Origin: Botryllus schlosseri
Taxonomy: Eukaryota
Direction: 5' to 3'
DNA: 64,000 nt
Assembly: GCA_051294905.1 (NCBI GenBank)
Contig: CM119385.1
Location: 11,036,001-11,100,000, forward strand
The notes under the pieces are model-generated. The model did not search any database, was not told where the DNA came from, and saw nothing but the letters and a program-made list of their open reading frames with translations. This document shows positions 41,673-55,700 of the stretch, piece by piece. A program made the position numbers and the translations under genes. Positions within the stretch are counted from its first letter, which is position 1; every line of letters begins with the position of its first letter.

Positions 41673-43070
41673 GCCTTATAATATGGGGAAGAGTGCCAGG
41701 CCATGATATTCTATAAAACCGGGTGTTCGAGTGAACACAGGTTTAGTATCGCATTTTCATATCAATACTGTCATTTACATCCCATGATGTGGACGACTGC
41801 TTATTCTGTCAAAAATTGACATCTCCTGGGATGCATCAATATGAATCAAGCTCTCTACACCTTCCGCATAGTGCCATTTGCTGCTTTTGACAGTCCATGC
41901 GAACGAATTACGATCGTTTCCACGACTACTTACTTACTTGAGTAGATTTAAAGTCATTAAATTCTACTTCTACTTCAAGTAGTTTTAGGTTGCTTATGGA
42001 AGAAGTATTTCTACTCGTACTTGAGAATATTTTTTCGTCGCTACTTCTACTTCTACTTGAGTAGCTTTCTTGACTACTTTGACCACCTCTGGGAGGGTGT
42101 CAGTCGAAAAGACCGCAACTGCGCGTCGTTCGGCATCCTCCTATCTGTTCATTTCATCGCATTGTGTCTTATCGCATTGTTCAGAGCTCAAAGATTATTG
42201 ATATATGATTATTGATAAAACCATATAGTGTCCTGTATTGCGTGGACACAAGCAAATCTCACGGCTCAGTGAAATCGGACTACGTCACACTTTTCATTTG
42301 ACTAAAGGCAATTTGACGGTATTTTTGAGATATAATGCTCAATCGGTTGCGCAATGCGCAACAATGGCCAATACACTTGCGGTTTGCTCCGCTACTCAAC
42401 TGATCCCAGACGGCATCGATGTCAGGTATTTTTGTGGTGTATTGAACTGATAAAAATTGCTAATATATCGAACCGAAAATAATTTCAATGCAGGAGTCAA
42501 GTAGAAGCAATATAGGCCTATATCATTGGTAGAAGAGCACACGAATCATAATGTTTCGCCCGGAACCGGTACTCAGTATCAGTTTATAAATATTTTCACC
42601 AGTTCAAAACACCGCAGAAACTGCGATACAATGAAATGATAGGAAGGTGCCGAAACGACTTGGAGTAGTCTTTGACAGACACCCACCTTATTGGCCTAGG
42701 CGAAGTAGAAAAGAGGCATGCACTGCACACTGAATGAAAAGTAAAGAAGAAAGTCGAGTCCATATCCAATCCTGTAATCACACCACACTAACTTATCGTC
42801 CTGCACATTGATTTTGTACATCGCCATTGCCTAATTATTTTGGCCTAATGACCAACTTTTGAGGGTGACGACTTCTGCGTAAGATGCGCCTGGACTGGAT
42901 TGCTCGGCTTTGACCTTTGGTGACTATGTTAAATAGAGTTTTCCGTCCCGTGACCCGTATATACCGTGCTTATCTGTATTTTACATTTCACCGAATTGTA
43001 TTTTTGTTATGTATGTTATTGATTTCCCCGATTGACAAATAAGGATTATCTCTTCCTCTCTCTCTACATC

Positions 43071-43978
43071 AGTGGTTCCCAACGTTTTTCGACTCATCGC
43101 CCCCTTTTCAAGCTCCACACCGATCATCGCCTCCCAAATATTGGGAACCGAAAAATGGGCATACAAAAAAGGATCAACTTTTCGGCTCGACTTCGAAATT
43201 ACACTTTTAGAGCTAAATTTTCGTGAGTTGACTAAAAAAAAGATCATTTCTTCGACTTGACTCCAATATAGCCGTTTTAACGCGATCGCCTCCAGGGTTG
43301 TAACCCAGTCACAAGGCTCCGAGTCACAAGTCAATCTCACTTTTATAGTTTTGACTCGAGTCAAGTCGAGTCATTTTCAATTCACCACCGAGTCAAGTCC
43401 GAGTCCAAGTCAGTGAGCAGACGGTCGAGTCCGAGTCATGGTAGTATGACTAGAGTCCGAGTCATTGTGTTGACTGCTCAGTTTCCAGTTAAAGTCTTGT
43501 TAAACCCACTTTTTATAACTCTGTTTGGTGATATCGAATGGTTGGAATTTAAAATATCCTAATTTTCCTCACTTTTAGCAGTTTCTGGTCGCATTTTCAA
43601 GTACCAGTACCAATAGACAAAATCCCAATAGTGCGGTTACTTTACTATTCTTCGGAATTACATTGAAATGTCGGTCGTGGCCGTCTGGGTCTCGAGTCAT
43701 ATGACTTGGTTCGAGTCATGCGCAATGACTCGAGTCCAAGTCGAGTCAATACGCAGATTGACTCGAGTCGAGTCGAGTCATTTCCGAATTTTGAGAAAAT
43801 GACTCGAGTCAAGTCGAGTCATCAGAAAATCGTGACTCGAGTCGGACTCGAGTCGAGTCATGACTCGAGTCATTACAACCCTCGCCTCCTTATCGCCCCT
43901 TCGGTATTTGCGATCCCCCTAGACCGCCAAATCGCCCCTTGGGGTGCGATATCGCCCACGTTGGGAACCATTGCTCTA
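43071..43978. mobile_element. hAT-like MITE (CAGTGGTTCCCAAC...GTTGGGAACCATTG) interrupted by the GACTCGAGTC MITE
   Basis: TIRs at ~43071 and ~43960; insertion at 43293-43882. Confidence 0.7.
43293..43882. mobile_element. GACTCGAGTC-rich MITE, most complete copy
   Basis: Termini CAGGGTTGTAA / TTACAACCCT; partial TSD (ATCGCCTC / CGCCTC). Confidence 0.75.
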
Positions 43979-44340
43979 CATCAGGGGTGGGAAAACTGTG
44001 GCCCGGAACACCGTTCTGTGCGGCCCGACAGAGTCTAAAGAAACTTTTTTTAAATATTGATAAAATGCTTACTAAAAAACGAATTAATGCAGGGTTTTGA
44101 TAAAACTTTTACTTAGTATATTTCACCACGATAATTATAAGACAGTTGTTCTCAAACTGGGTGGCGCAGCCCCCTTGGGGCGTGAAAGCATCTGAAGAGG
44201 GGCGCGAAGCTGAGCTGAACTGAAAAAACATTTCGCGCCTCGCGCGATTTTCATCCGATTCATAATTGTTGCTATAGTCTCAATTTCATATTTAAAAATC
44301 TCTTATCCACAGTCGTAAACTTCCATGCCATCAAACTATA

Positions 44341-44504
44341 GTTGTCAGCCGATGTTACGAAGGAAATATGTCGTACGCGCCAAGGTGGTTCAGATACCGC
44401 GTTCAACGGAAGATGTTCAGTAAGGAGATTTATGTCAAAATCGGGCCTAGTGTATCTACTTCTGTCGTGTACGACATATTTCCTTCATAACATCGGGTGA
44501 CAAC
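44341..44504. mobile_element. 164-bp hairpin MITE with 36-bp TIRs (TA target)
   Basis: GTTGTCAGCCGATGTTACGAAGGAAATATGTCGTAC vs its near-perfect reverse complement at 44469-44504. Confidence 0.75.
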
Positions 44505-46311
44505 CAGAGGTGGTCAAAGTAGTCAAGAAAACTACTCAAGTAGAAGTAGAAGTAGCGACGCAAAAGTCTACTCAAGTACAAGTAGAAGTGCTTCTTCAAT
44601 AAGCAACCTAAAACTACTTGAAGTAGAAGTAGAATTGACTGACTTTAAATCTACTCCAGTAAGTAAGTAGTTTTGAAAACAGTCTTAATTCGTTCGCATG
44701 GATTGTCAAAAGGTGCAAATTGAGCTATGCACAAGGTGCATACAGCTTGATTCGTATTGATGCTTTGCAGGAGGTATCAATTTTCGACAGAATAAGCATT
44801 CTTTCGCATAATGGGATACAAATTACAGTATTGATATGAAAATGCGATACTAACCCTTTGTTTACTAGATGATCCCGTTTTAGGGAATATCATGGCATGG
44901 CGCCCTATAGCCCATATTATAAGTCCCCAAGTTTAGATTAAGAGCAATACGTAGAAGCTGTATAGGATACGGTTTCATCACTTTGCGAGATTAGGATACG
45001 TTAATAACAAATATTGTCCATCGTAAAAGTTATATTCAGTGTAGCTCTATTTTCGGAAAATAGAGGCATTGCTACAATTGCTTTCATGCTTCAAAATGTA
45101 TGTTCTGCAGATAAAAGAACTGAAAGTACTCAGAGTATGATACTCGCAATTGAAAGTGAAATACAAATACCACTTCTAAAAAGCGGAAAACATATTTTAT
45201 GTCTTTTGTCCATAAAGCTTCAAAGGTGGTCTGCTAGAACAGGTATAACGTTAAAAAACGCTGGATTTTCCAGATTAGCAAGACACGTAATGGGCTGCTA
45301 GATGACGATATGATAGGTAAATCATCATCATCATCATCATCATTGGTTTATTAGCAATTTTATCACTTCAATACACCACAAAAAATGCGATACACTGAAT
45401 AGACAGGAAGATGTCGAAGCGACTTGGATTTGTCAATGGAATCGGACACCCACCTTGGCCTAGGCGTAGTAAAGAGGAGGCATGCACACTGAATGAAAGT
45501 AAAGAATACAGTATAGAAAAAGAAAGCGACAAGAAATAGGGCGGCATGTCATGGGAAGCGAGATCGATAGGTCAGTCGTGGTCCGGTAATCTTGAGGATG
45601 GACTGTATTTATTTAGTAGTAATTGCTTGTATTTCGACTTGAATGTGGACATGCTCGTCGACTGTCGGATGGCCGGCGGGATACTGTTCCACACATCAGG
45701 TCCGGCATATTTGATGGAGCGATGATCTTTTCGGTCGATCATATGATATTTGGACGACGTGGACGCGCGTGTGTTGTACTTGTGCGCTTTTGATTCAGAG
45801 GTAAAGAAGTCATTGAAATATTCGGGGCAACGACCGCAGTGAAACTGATAAATAGGTAATTGCTACATTGCGAAACGGTAGTTTCAAACGTTATGGTGGG
45901 CCACATCTACTGTGATGAAATATTTGATATGGGCGACAATGTGGTGTGAGCGGAACCAAGCAATCCGATACCTAAATTATATTCACTGATATTCGTGAAA
46001 ACATATTCTTCTACTGTGCGCGAAGCGCAACAAAATTTCTGGGCTTTACTTGACTTTTATGAATATTAAATGTTGGTACTCCGTGACAACAGCCCCAAAA
46101 TTCCTCAGGCTATCCTTCGTATTTGGAGATTAAACTACTTCTACTTGACAAACTGAAAATAGCGAAAAGTAAGTATAAGTAGATCACAAAATACTTCGAA
46201 GTAGAAGTAGAAGTAGAGACAATCAGATCTACTTGAGTAAGTACTAGAAGTAGAGGAAAACTACTTGAGTACTTCCAAAAAGTAGAAGTACTTCGTTACT
46301 GACCACCTCTG
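44505..46311 (-). mobile_element. CAGAGGTGGTCA hAT MITE copy containing a LINE 3' fragment
   Basis: Intact termini; 8-bp TSD GTGACAAC / CTGACAAC. Confidence 0.85.
45323..45838 (-). mobile_element. 5'-truncated CR1/L2-clade LINE 3' end
   Basis: Minus strand encodes ...HKYNTRAS...SIKYAGPDVWNSIPPAIRQSTSMSTFKSKYKQLLL, then AATAAA and an (ATG)n tail; ATAGGTAA target duplication. 3'UTR relatives at ~14850-14975 and ~42625-42750. Confidence 0.75.
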
Positions 46312-47499
46312 CTGACAACTATATAAAGTTCGATCTCTGCGTGACTGCTGGAGCGTGATGTGTTTGTGGAAATTTCAATACATTGCAGCTCCATTACCAC
46401 AGCCTTTATAAAGGCTAAGCCATTACGGTGGCGTTCTGAAGAAAACGGCTGCGCTAATTTTTTTTTCGTTTTTCCCTTCAATTTGAGACCCACATCATTT
46501 TTAGAGTGCCGTGCCCCTTTAAGGTAAATACTTCGTATATTCTTTGTTATGTTTAATTTCTGGCGCAACATCCCGATCTCAAGGCCCACGCAGTTTGAAA
46601 GGTTTCAACTGCTAAGCATCACAGAAATCCTAAACGAGATTGACATAATTCGGATCACGAGTGTTATTTCAGATTGGCCACTCCAGTTTTGATTATTTCA
46701 GTGATGTGCTTAAGAAAACGATTCGCGCGTGTCTTAGGTAGATTCGTTCTCTGTATGGGTAGAATTGGGGTATTCATATTTTATCTATACATAGTAGAAG
46801 CGTGTGTGAAGCTAACATGGTTATGATGGTTATGATGCTGTCAGCATTGTGTGTCATGGAACTAAACCAAAACTGGAATTATTAAATCTATGAACAGATC
46901 GCTGCTCACAGATTTAAATTTCAATCCTGTTCTAAGAATCGGGACAACCGACTTTAATCTTTATAGTTTTGACAAATTGGTTATTGAGGTCGACCAGCCT
47001 ATGAAATCTCGCCACTATGTTTCTGACGCGTGTACGATATCATCAAAGCAATGTTTGATTTGTTTTAAAAAAGCACATATATCATTGGTTCGCACTATAT
47101 AATCAAAAACCAATATTGCATTTTGGTTTATAATCCCAATTTTATATATTGCGGCCTGCGAATGTATTCAGTTGTTGAATGCGGCCCGCGAGCTGTCCAC
47201 CCCTGCTCTACGTCAACATCACGACTTACCTTTCACATGACGTCATAACTGGATCGAATTTGGCGACACGGTCGATGGAGCTGTGAGCGCTGAACGTTAG
47301 CGAATAAAGAGAATTTCTCATCTGTGATCTGTGGTATGAGAAGCGTACTACACAGTGCGCAATTGCGGTACGGACATTTCTGGCGTTTTTTTGGGACTGA
47401 GTTCAATTTAACTGTTACATATATGTCTGATGAAACGTAGCCGCCACCGTACTCACTATCGAATCATTTGTCGTCTTTATAGATATGCAAGCGTTGTCA

Positions 47500-50400
47500 T
47501 CACTTGCAGAAAATATACTCATCGTCATCGAGCCGTGCACAGTTTCTTATTATTGAAAGTAATCTTAGCGGTTACCATCGCTCCTTTGCGATGTTTTTTC
47601 AGTTTTAGTGTTAAGAGGAGCCAATTTTTAGCTTTGTGGTATTTTCTTATCATATCTCAGGTGGTGAAACGGGTATACCAGTATATGAGCAGTGATTAGA
47701 CTTCTCACACAGTTTTCGTTCAATATTGCTAAGCTTTGTATTATTGATAAATTAACTTGAGATGAATGGCATACAGCTAGCAGGATAACCAAAATCTGCA
47801 GAATAGAGCACAACTGACATTCGAATGAATTTTGGTAGCAGGAACAACCATTTTAAGAGGCTCAATGTCAAACTGAAACTGCATCCCATGGCCCAACGTG
47901 TAGGATTGAAGGTTGAAGCTCTGTCGATAGGTATGTTTTGATTTGTGTCACTATTTATCAACAGGGTCCTGGTTGTTCTGTAATAAAGCCATTTTAGAGG
48001 TCCATTGCTTGTCTACGATAACAGGTTACTTGTTATTTTTTGTGGATATTGCTTGAAGAAATCAGAAATGATGGACCCAAATTGATAGTTTAGTATGGTG
48101 CAAAATTCAATTCTTTCGCAATCTCATTCACCCAATATATCAAAACACCAATAGTTTTCTATGTAGACCGTGATTTCTCGTCATATGTCAATGGCATTTG
48201 AAATATCACTAATCTTATGATTGTAAGGCTTTGTATGAAAGACTGGCCTATTATCTAACTTTTACCATTTTCACTGTTCTTGCAAGACATTTTATTATTT
48301 CATTTCAGTATAGTGCCAAGTGGAAGTGGTGCCTACATTATTTTGTACAGCAGTATTTATTGTGTATTGATTAAAGTATATTTCTATGGTGTAAGCTGCT
48401 CTTTAATCTTCTGTTGTCTGTTTACCTTCAATGACATTTAAAAAGTTATCGAGTGGCCTGTTGTCTCCTAGATTCTACTAGCATCTCAAAGATGACACCA
48501 ATTGCGTGCAGAGAATATGATAAGTAGTCTGCTTGTCATTAATAATAGGTAGCTTGTGACACCCATGACATGTAGGCTACTCCTACAGAAAGACTCACAG
48601 ACATACAGAAAGACTGCTAACCAGTGCTTGGAAAAATACATTTGCTTCACCCAATTCTTGGCAAACAGTGGTATATCCTACAAAATGATCCATGATTCTC
48701 CATCCAGTATCCGATGCTGTTAATGCAGCCGAACATTTGTATAACATCAATAAGCTTTATAACCATTATGTCTTTTTAGTGTAGCCTGCAATACTAATTT
48801 ATCCTGTGTTCAAGAATGAGGTGATAATTGACATTGCCCCAAGGCATGCACAGAGCTACTAATCAGTAAGATTAAGCAATGGCCAAAACAAAGTAAAATA
48901 TATCTGGTTTTGTTTTATACTGTGATTGTGAATGCACCTGTGCTGTTCTGAATTCTGTTAGATGTTATATCAATCTGTTTCCAGTTCTTGATGTATTTGT
49001 GTCGCCAATTATGGTATGTTTGAATAAACCGGTATATCATTTTCGTAAAAGAGTCCTCTGCACAATCATAACGACAGCGGGTTAATAGCCCTTGTAATGA
49101 CCCTGCTTCTTATAACCGGCACTTCATGGGATTGTGCGGAAACGCAACAATGAGAGCTACGGTAATTCAATGCTCACAGGAAGCGTGGCTTGAGACCCAT
49201 TCATAGTGCAATAATTCATTTTAATCGTTTGGGTTGGTTAACATGCAGAACATATACGATTTCAGTTACAGATAAATAATTTTCAAAAGTCGGTAGTATC
49301 TTGTTGCTGATATGCTAACTAGAGCCCGACCGATTATCGGCTCGCCGATAATATCGAGTCGATATCACACTTGGAAAGAAATATCGGTATCGGCCATTGG
49401 AGGTAAAAAAATATCGGCCATTTTCGTGACGTCACAACAAGGTGGTAGGGAATCAGAGAAGATGTGAGGTCTTCACTGCATGTCGGTAAACTATAAAATT
49501 AAATGGCCCAGCTGCATAGTGCATGCAGGCCAGTAGGACTATGTGAGTATAGAATGTATACGTTTACATTCTATAATGTGAGAAATATACTTTCACCGTT
49601 ATGCCCCAGTGACGTGGGAATTCCCCTGCAGTGATCGAATACCAAAGACAGAGAGCAGCTGGATGGATAGTTGTCTGCAGAATATTTCCATCGATTAGAG
49701 AAATGAGAACTTCATTCATGCTGGACTGACCCTCGTGATGATGGAGAAAAGCGTCGCGTCGAAACAATTTTCTGTAGATAGTGCTGGTGGTGTCTGTGTA
49801 AGAAGCTCACAAGCCAAGGCAACAAAGCAAAAAATACCAGTAATATAAAGACATGAAGTCATCTGACTGAGGCCTGAGCGGCCACCATGATGGGGAATAT
49901 GCGAGACTAGATTGCAAGGAAATCAAGCAAAAGTAGAGCAGAGCCAACAATTCATACGGAAATCTTTGATTCCATGATGACATGGGCCAATGCTGATAAG
50001 AGCGTCAAATATTGATCAATTGATTGCTGAAATGCTGGTCATGGTCAAGGCCCAAGGGGATGGGTGGAGCAGTAGCAGACGTGAACAATGTGAGTTGTTT
50101 TGCACATTCTCTTCAGCTATTTGTTAATGATGTGCTGAAGGCTCCAGGTGCACTGCCAGAAGAATATCAATATTTGGTAGAACCATTGAAGGAAAGATCC
50201 CCTGCGCCTGCAGCAGAGTGGTGGAACCGAAATAAAGAAAGATTTCCAATTCTTGCTCTGCCACTAACTATGGTACCAAGTGAAAAACTGCTCACTCTGT
50301 TCAGTGCTATATACATCATTTATGAAGACCACAGAAGTTCACTCCTCGGAGAAAGGGGCGAGTAATTATGCTTTGTGAACTGTAATCTGCAACTGCTAGA

Positions 50401-52700
50401 CTGGTGCTATTGATATATTTATTATAGATCATTCATTTCATGTTCAAGCATGGCAATGACAGCAAATCTGTTCAAAGAAATATTCTTGAGGTGTTAAATA
50501 TGCGCCTTGAGCTCGATTCCATATCTTTTGAATATCGGCTGAATATATCGGGGTTATCGGTGAAGGTACTGGATATCGGTTTTATCGGTATCGCCTCAAA
50601 AATCCAATATCGGTCGGGCTCTAATGCTAACCTATATTTGTGCTTGTTAGTTGTAACTATATTTTGATCGCTTGGTGGTTGCTAAATGCAATGCAAGTAC
50701 AATCTCAACTTTCTTACTGTTATGATATTCTGCCTGATGCTGGTTGCAACAATTCCTATCGTATTTTTTTTGTTTGGTTTATGTATTAGGTCGTCCGTTA
50801 GTTGTTTAATATGTCTGCACTTCATGGCGTCAGTTCGCAACCTGTATAAACATGTGGTTTTAGTTCACTGATAAGAATCCCGATTGCAGAGGGCTGGTTA
50901 GATATTTAGAATGAGTTTTGGAAATTTATTCACGGGCAATCTGCAGTTTTACAGTTACTTATGTGGTAAAGTCGGACATGGCAAGTCGGCGTCAATAAAA
51001 TTGTCTGAAGTACTTGTAAATGCCTCAAGCAATATCAGAAGCATTACCTCAATCCTGATTATGGAAACCAAATACCGAAACTTGAAAATAGATCATTTAA
51101 TTTCAAGGAAGGCCTAATTACTGAATTGTGCGCACGTTTCAATCATAGATTTGGAATTAAGAGTTGGTAAGATATTCAATCAGACTGTAACTAGGCGATC
51201 CCTATGCTGTCAGAATTGTCACCATTATAGCCGCAGCCATTATAGCCACAGTTATTTTGGATTACAGTTCGGCTTATGACAATGGAGGTCAAGATGTACA
51301 TTAGACTGTATAGCAAGCTGAGTTATTGGGTTACCAGGTCCAGCCACATGCTTTTTAGCAAAGCCTGCAAAGGTTATACATTGGTGTTTTTGGCGATGAA
51401 ATCACTCATACCTGTGACAATCATTTTTGATTTGCCCACAACATCATTAGCTTATTCTTCACATTATGCATGCGTATATTACTAAATGTAACAGTTCAAC
51501 CATTCAGTTCATTGTATGATATATATTGTATGCTACTGTATTGTGGTCTTGATAGAGGGCAAATTGAAAGTTCTAGGTGGTCATTTAATATTCGAATAAC
51601 TTACACTTGGATGACAGGTCATTTTGAAAAGTTTTGGTTTGTATTCTCATGATCATGAACTGCCTAATGAATTTAGATACAATGAGTTGTCCGCTATATT
51701 CTGTCTGTGCATGGGAACAGGATATGGGGAGGTCATTGAGTGGCTACTTGAAGTCATCTGCTTTGGGTGTTTATATCAATTGACCTTCTGTCATCATAAA
51801 CTAGTTTGGTTTGGTAGATTCGTAGGGTATTTACGACACATTCATCCCAAGGAATTGTAACGACCAAAACTAGTAGGGTTGGTTTGTTTGTTAGTGTCTG
51901 AGGGGAGCGACCATATATTTGTACTTGAAACTATTATTTCATGGATTGCAGTCAAGTTTACTGTTGTATATTTGAGCCTCAATGACTTCCTAATTATGAT
52001 ATGTCAAGACTGAAGTATATTATGAAATCTACGAATATATGATTCATTGCGCAATCATAATTTTTTCCAAATTGTTACTAATCCTTCAATAGTTTCTTTC
52101 AGAACTTGACAATTCTCTTTCTGGAAAACTTGACTGGTCCCTGTCGATCACGAAAAATCTCCGATATCTACCCATTTGCTTAACAACCATACCATTACTG
52201 TTGATTACAATATTCACAGCCAGATTGCCTAAAATATATTGACACATGGGTGTTAATTAGTGTTTGCATTCCCCCAAAATGCCATAATTCGGGATTGTAG
52301 ATTTGTAAGAGATCTCGATCGTGGGCCTATGAAAACTTGGTTATCGTAGGCCCTCCTGAAGTACTGGTACATATACTGTCTTCATGCATTTTTGATACAT
52401 CACAGGCTCCAAACACTATTCGATTGGGTAGTCAAGTTTAGCTCTAATGTTGTTATGTGTTCTATGCAGTTAAATTACCATTAAGACAACATAAGGCTTA
52501 GAAGAAACACTAGGATGTATGGTTGATCGGAAATATATTCTTAGTGAGATATGCATCACTAAGAAGTGATTTGTATTGATAACTTAAACACTTTTGTAAC
52601 TAGCTGGCATTTATAAATTGTCAATGCAATGTAACGTGGGTGCAATTTTCTCAAGTTGCTTATTCTAAAAAAACAATCAGTTTACGGTAGTTTCTTTGTC
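47500..52700 (-). pseudogene. Highly degraded L1/Tx1-like LINE fossil
   Basis: Only scattered remnants, by eye: RT-like FDIEPL near 47870 and a decayed zinc-knuckle-like segment near 52270-52330; many stops. Boundaries approximate. Confidence 0.35.
49320..50623 (+). mobile_element. Internally deleted hAT transposon (1304 bp)
   Basis: TIRs TAGAGCCCGACCGAT / ATCGGTCGGGCTCTA; perfect 8-bp TSD ATGCTAAC. ORF 50024-50365 has CFAHSLQL and EWWNRNKERFPILA...PSEK transposase remnants. Confidence 0.92.
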
Positions 52701-55700
52701 ACTTTCTATCTTGACGTGTCACTGTTATTAGTTTTAATGCTCATATCTCAGATTGTTATTATTTTATTCTACTTTTATTAATATATCACAGTTTGTGATA
52801 ATAATTAACGGTACTTCCCTTGTTGAAATGTGAAAATAATGTATTTCCAATCCGGACCCATGTTGATTTCACAAAATTTAACTACTGATGTGATTTGTTA
52901 GCCTGTTGAAATATTCCCGTTTGACAGGCATTTTACTTGAATTATCTTTATAAATTGGCATAAGAATATCAACTATTTAATTTTTTGATACATTGTAGAG
53001 ACGGCATGAAGTGATTCAGCACATCCACCTGACAAAATGATAGTATATTTCTTATACTTTTTCGGAAATAAATCCCAATTCCTGTTGTTTATATATACAT
53101 CATTGATTTCACAACCATCTCTTCATCTTGTCTGTTCCGCTTTCCAGATATTTACATTATCCAATTAGCGTAATAAATTAGTCTGCGCTCTGCATGGGAT
53201 AGTTTTATTGGCGACTTGACATGTGCTACGCCTGCCTGTTTGATTCCTTGTGAGGTTTGGTTCTGGTGAGTCATTTCATCGGGAAGTGATGTTCGCATTT
53301 TGAGGGAATTCACAAAAGCTGCATTTTGTCCCTGGGATCTTTTCAAGTTATCAATACCAATTGAGGAAGAATGCCATATCATTCGTACAGAGGCGGCAGT
53401 GACAGGTACTAGTTACTCGGTACTTATAGGACCCTACTTTCGCACTGCTTCTGACTTTTATTTTTATACGATGTTTTGCAGAACATCGTCAAGGCACTCT
53501 CACAGAGATGGCTCGTTAGAGAAGAAACGTGAGATTGAAAAAAATAAAAGAAAACAGCAGATAAGCACTGAACAAGCGAGGGCTGAGGCGCTGCCACACT
53601 TCGAAAGTCCACGGAAAATAACGGCTGTAAGTATCACCTTATTCTTATAAACACAACTTGTATGAACAGGATGAAGTGAAACGAAAGATTATTGAGGGAA
53701 AGAGGTCTACTTAACTAATCAGGGTACTGTACTTGGACCTGGATCCAGTATTGATTGAAATATGTTAAGTATAGATAGTTCTTCCTTATTAACTGAAACG
53801 GCTGAGGGGCTAATGCAATACCGTTTTATGTTATTGTATGTAATCAAGCACACAGCATAGACTGTAACTGTAAGTCACTGGCCTACGGTACTTTATATTC
53901 TCTATTTCCAGATGTGATGAGTTTACGGATCTGATATACTTAGTACAGTTGCGTAAATGGTGTATGGCGAATGGATTCGTGTCTATTCTTAGAACTGCAG
54001 TTCCGCATGCTTAATGCTTGATTATTGCACAGGAAGCTGTTGTTTGACCGTGAATCGAAATCTTTCAGAGACTAGGTGACATTTTGTTTAGCAATAATAG
54101 TCTCCTTAAAATTCGAATAGTAGCTTTCGATATGAAGAGCTCTCATTTCAAATCCACATTACACAAAACACAACACATTACAGTATACTGTGGAAGTGAT
54201 GTGTCATGTGTGTACAATTAGATTGATGCTTCTATCACATCAACTTATTTGACTCAGAGTACTTGGCCTGGCATGAAATTGAGGTTTGAGAGTCTCCTAA
54301 GTTTGCTGATTTTTGATACAAGCCTTGCTAAAACTCTGTGTGTGAGTCCACTGTGATCCTCTGTATGAGCTGGATGTGCCACGCTAGCCAGAAGCTATAG
54401 TCGTTGAATGAGATCTACTTCTTTGCATTTGCATAGAAGAATTGTAATGAATTATTGTCACCAGACTTCCGAGTTTGATACTATTAATATGTAACTGCCG
54501 ATTCTGTTCAAGACCAGACTCATTAATAGGACTTTTTACTGTTATTTTCTGTTTCGATTGCAAGGAATTTAGTCCCTAAATTATTGTCAACGCAATCACA
54601 CTCGTGCACGTATGCAGAGGGCACCTTTTCATGGCGCTCTACATAAATATGGACATCACACTATTACAGTTTTGTAGATCATCTAATGGTGTAGCAGTTG
54701 CCTGCCTTCTAGAATGTATCTGAAATTTAACCATAACAAATTTGCAATTGTAGTATGATCCTATATCCGGCGGTCATGATAGAAATTTTCCATTTTTAGA
54801 ATGAGGAACGTGTGTGCGGACGACGACGTTGTAATTATTTTCTGTGCAGAGATTGACGTAATCGCAAGCCGATTACATGGTCTTACTTTTTAAGTGTGAG
54901 ATGTAATGTTTCTAGAGCGGTGTTTAGGACCGTATCGCGTTACCAGTATAGCTCACGGGGAAAGGAATGTAGCCTACATCACACAATCATGATATGATGT
55001 TTTGCCATTGATTGTTTAAGATGTGGTGCCAGACTAGTGCACCTTGCCTTTTAGCGTCGGTGTCTACATTGCATATCTTCTTGTCTAGTTATCACCACTT
55101 GCCCTGCGTATTTAGGCATTACTTGCATCGATTTCCTTATGAAATAGTCAGTACTCACTAAGTAGTACCACACTACCTGACAAGTGTTTTGAATTCGTTT
55201 TCGATATTCAGTACTGATGATGGTTGATACCACATTGACCTGACAAATGTTTTGAATCATTAGGCCTAATCACTTCTCGCAGCCAGAGTTGATGCCTAGG
55301 TTTGCAGTAACCGAACCTCAAATGCTGATATAATTCAATGAATTAATGTTTGCAAACATTGTAAATTAATGACGTACTTGCGTTTGCAACAATAATTATT
55401 GATATTGCTAATAATAATTAGTTATGAATTGAAAAAGTTACTGACTTCTGACGGTATCATGTCTCTTGATTGATTCTTCTAATAAGATGTATTTAGAACC
55501 ACGGATCTGCAACTGCTTCCTCTGTCTATTTCTCAACACCGAGATGATTGTAGAGCTGAATCATAGTGCTCTAAATGCGTGTTAGGTAGATTAAATATAT
55601 GACGGAAAAGTAATCTAGTATCCTTGAAATTAGTCGCTCAAGTGGGAGGGACTCTACAGGGTTTTTATATCGATGATATGCAATATGCATTATTAAAAAG

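Larger units (their letters stand above)
22808..42091 (+). mobile_element. hAT MITE (~1.29 kb native; pieces 22808-23685 and 41679-42091) hosting the Maverick
   Basis: Termini CAGAGGTGGTCA / TGACCACCTCTG; 8-bp TSD GGTGGGTG / GGAGGGTG (1 mismatch). Confidence 0.85.
22608..42182 (+). mobile_element. SINE copy split by the hAT MITE and Maverick (pieces 22608-22807 and 42092-42182)
   Basis: The joined halves align with the SINE at 11197-11552 (...CGAGGTGGATG / ...CGAGGTGGGTG then GCGTCGTTCG.CATCCTCCTATCTGTTCAT). Confidence 0.75.
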
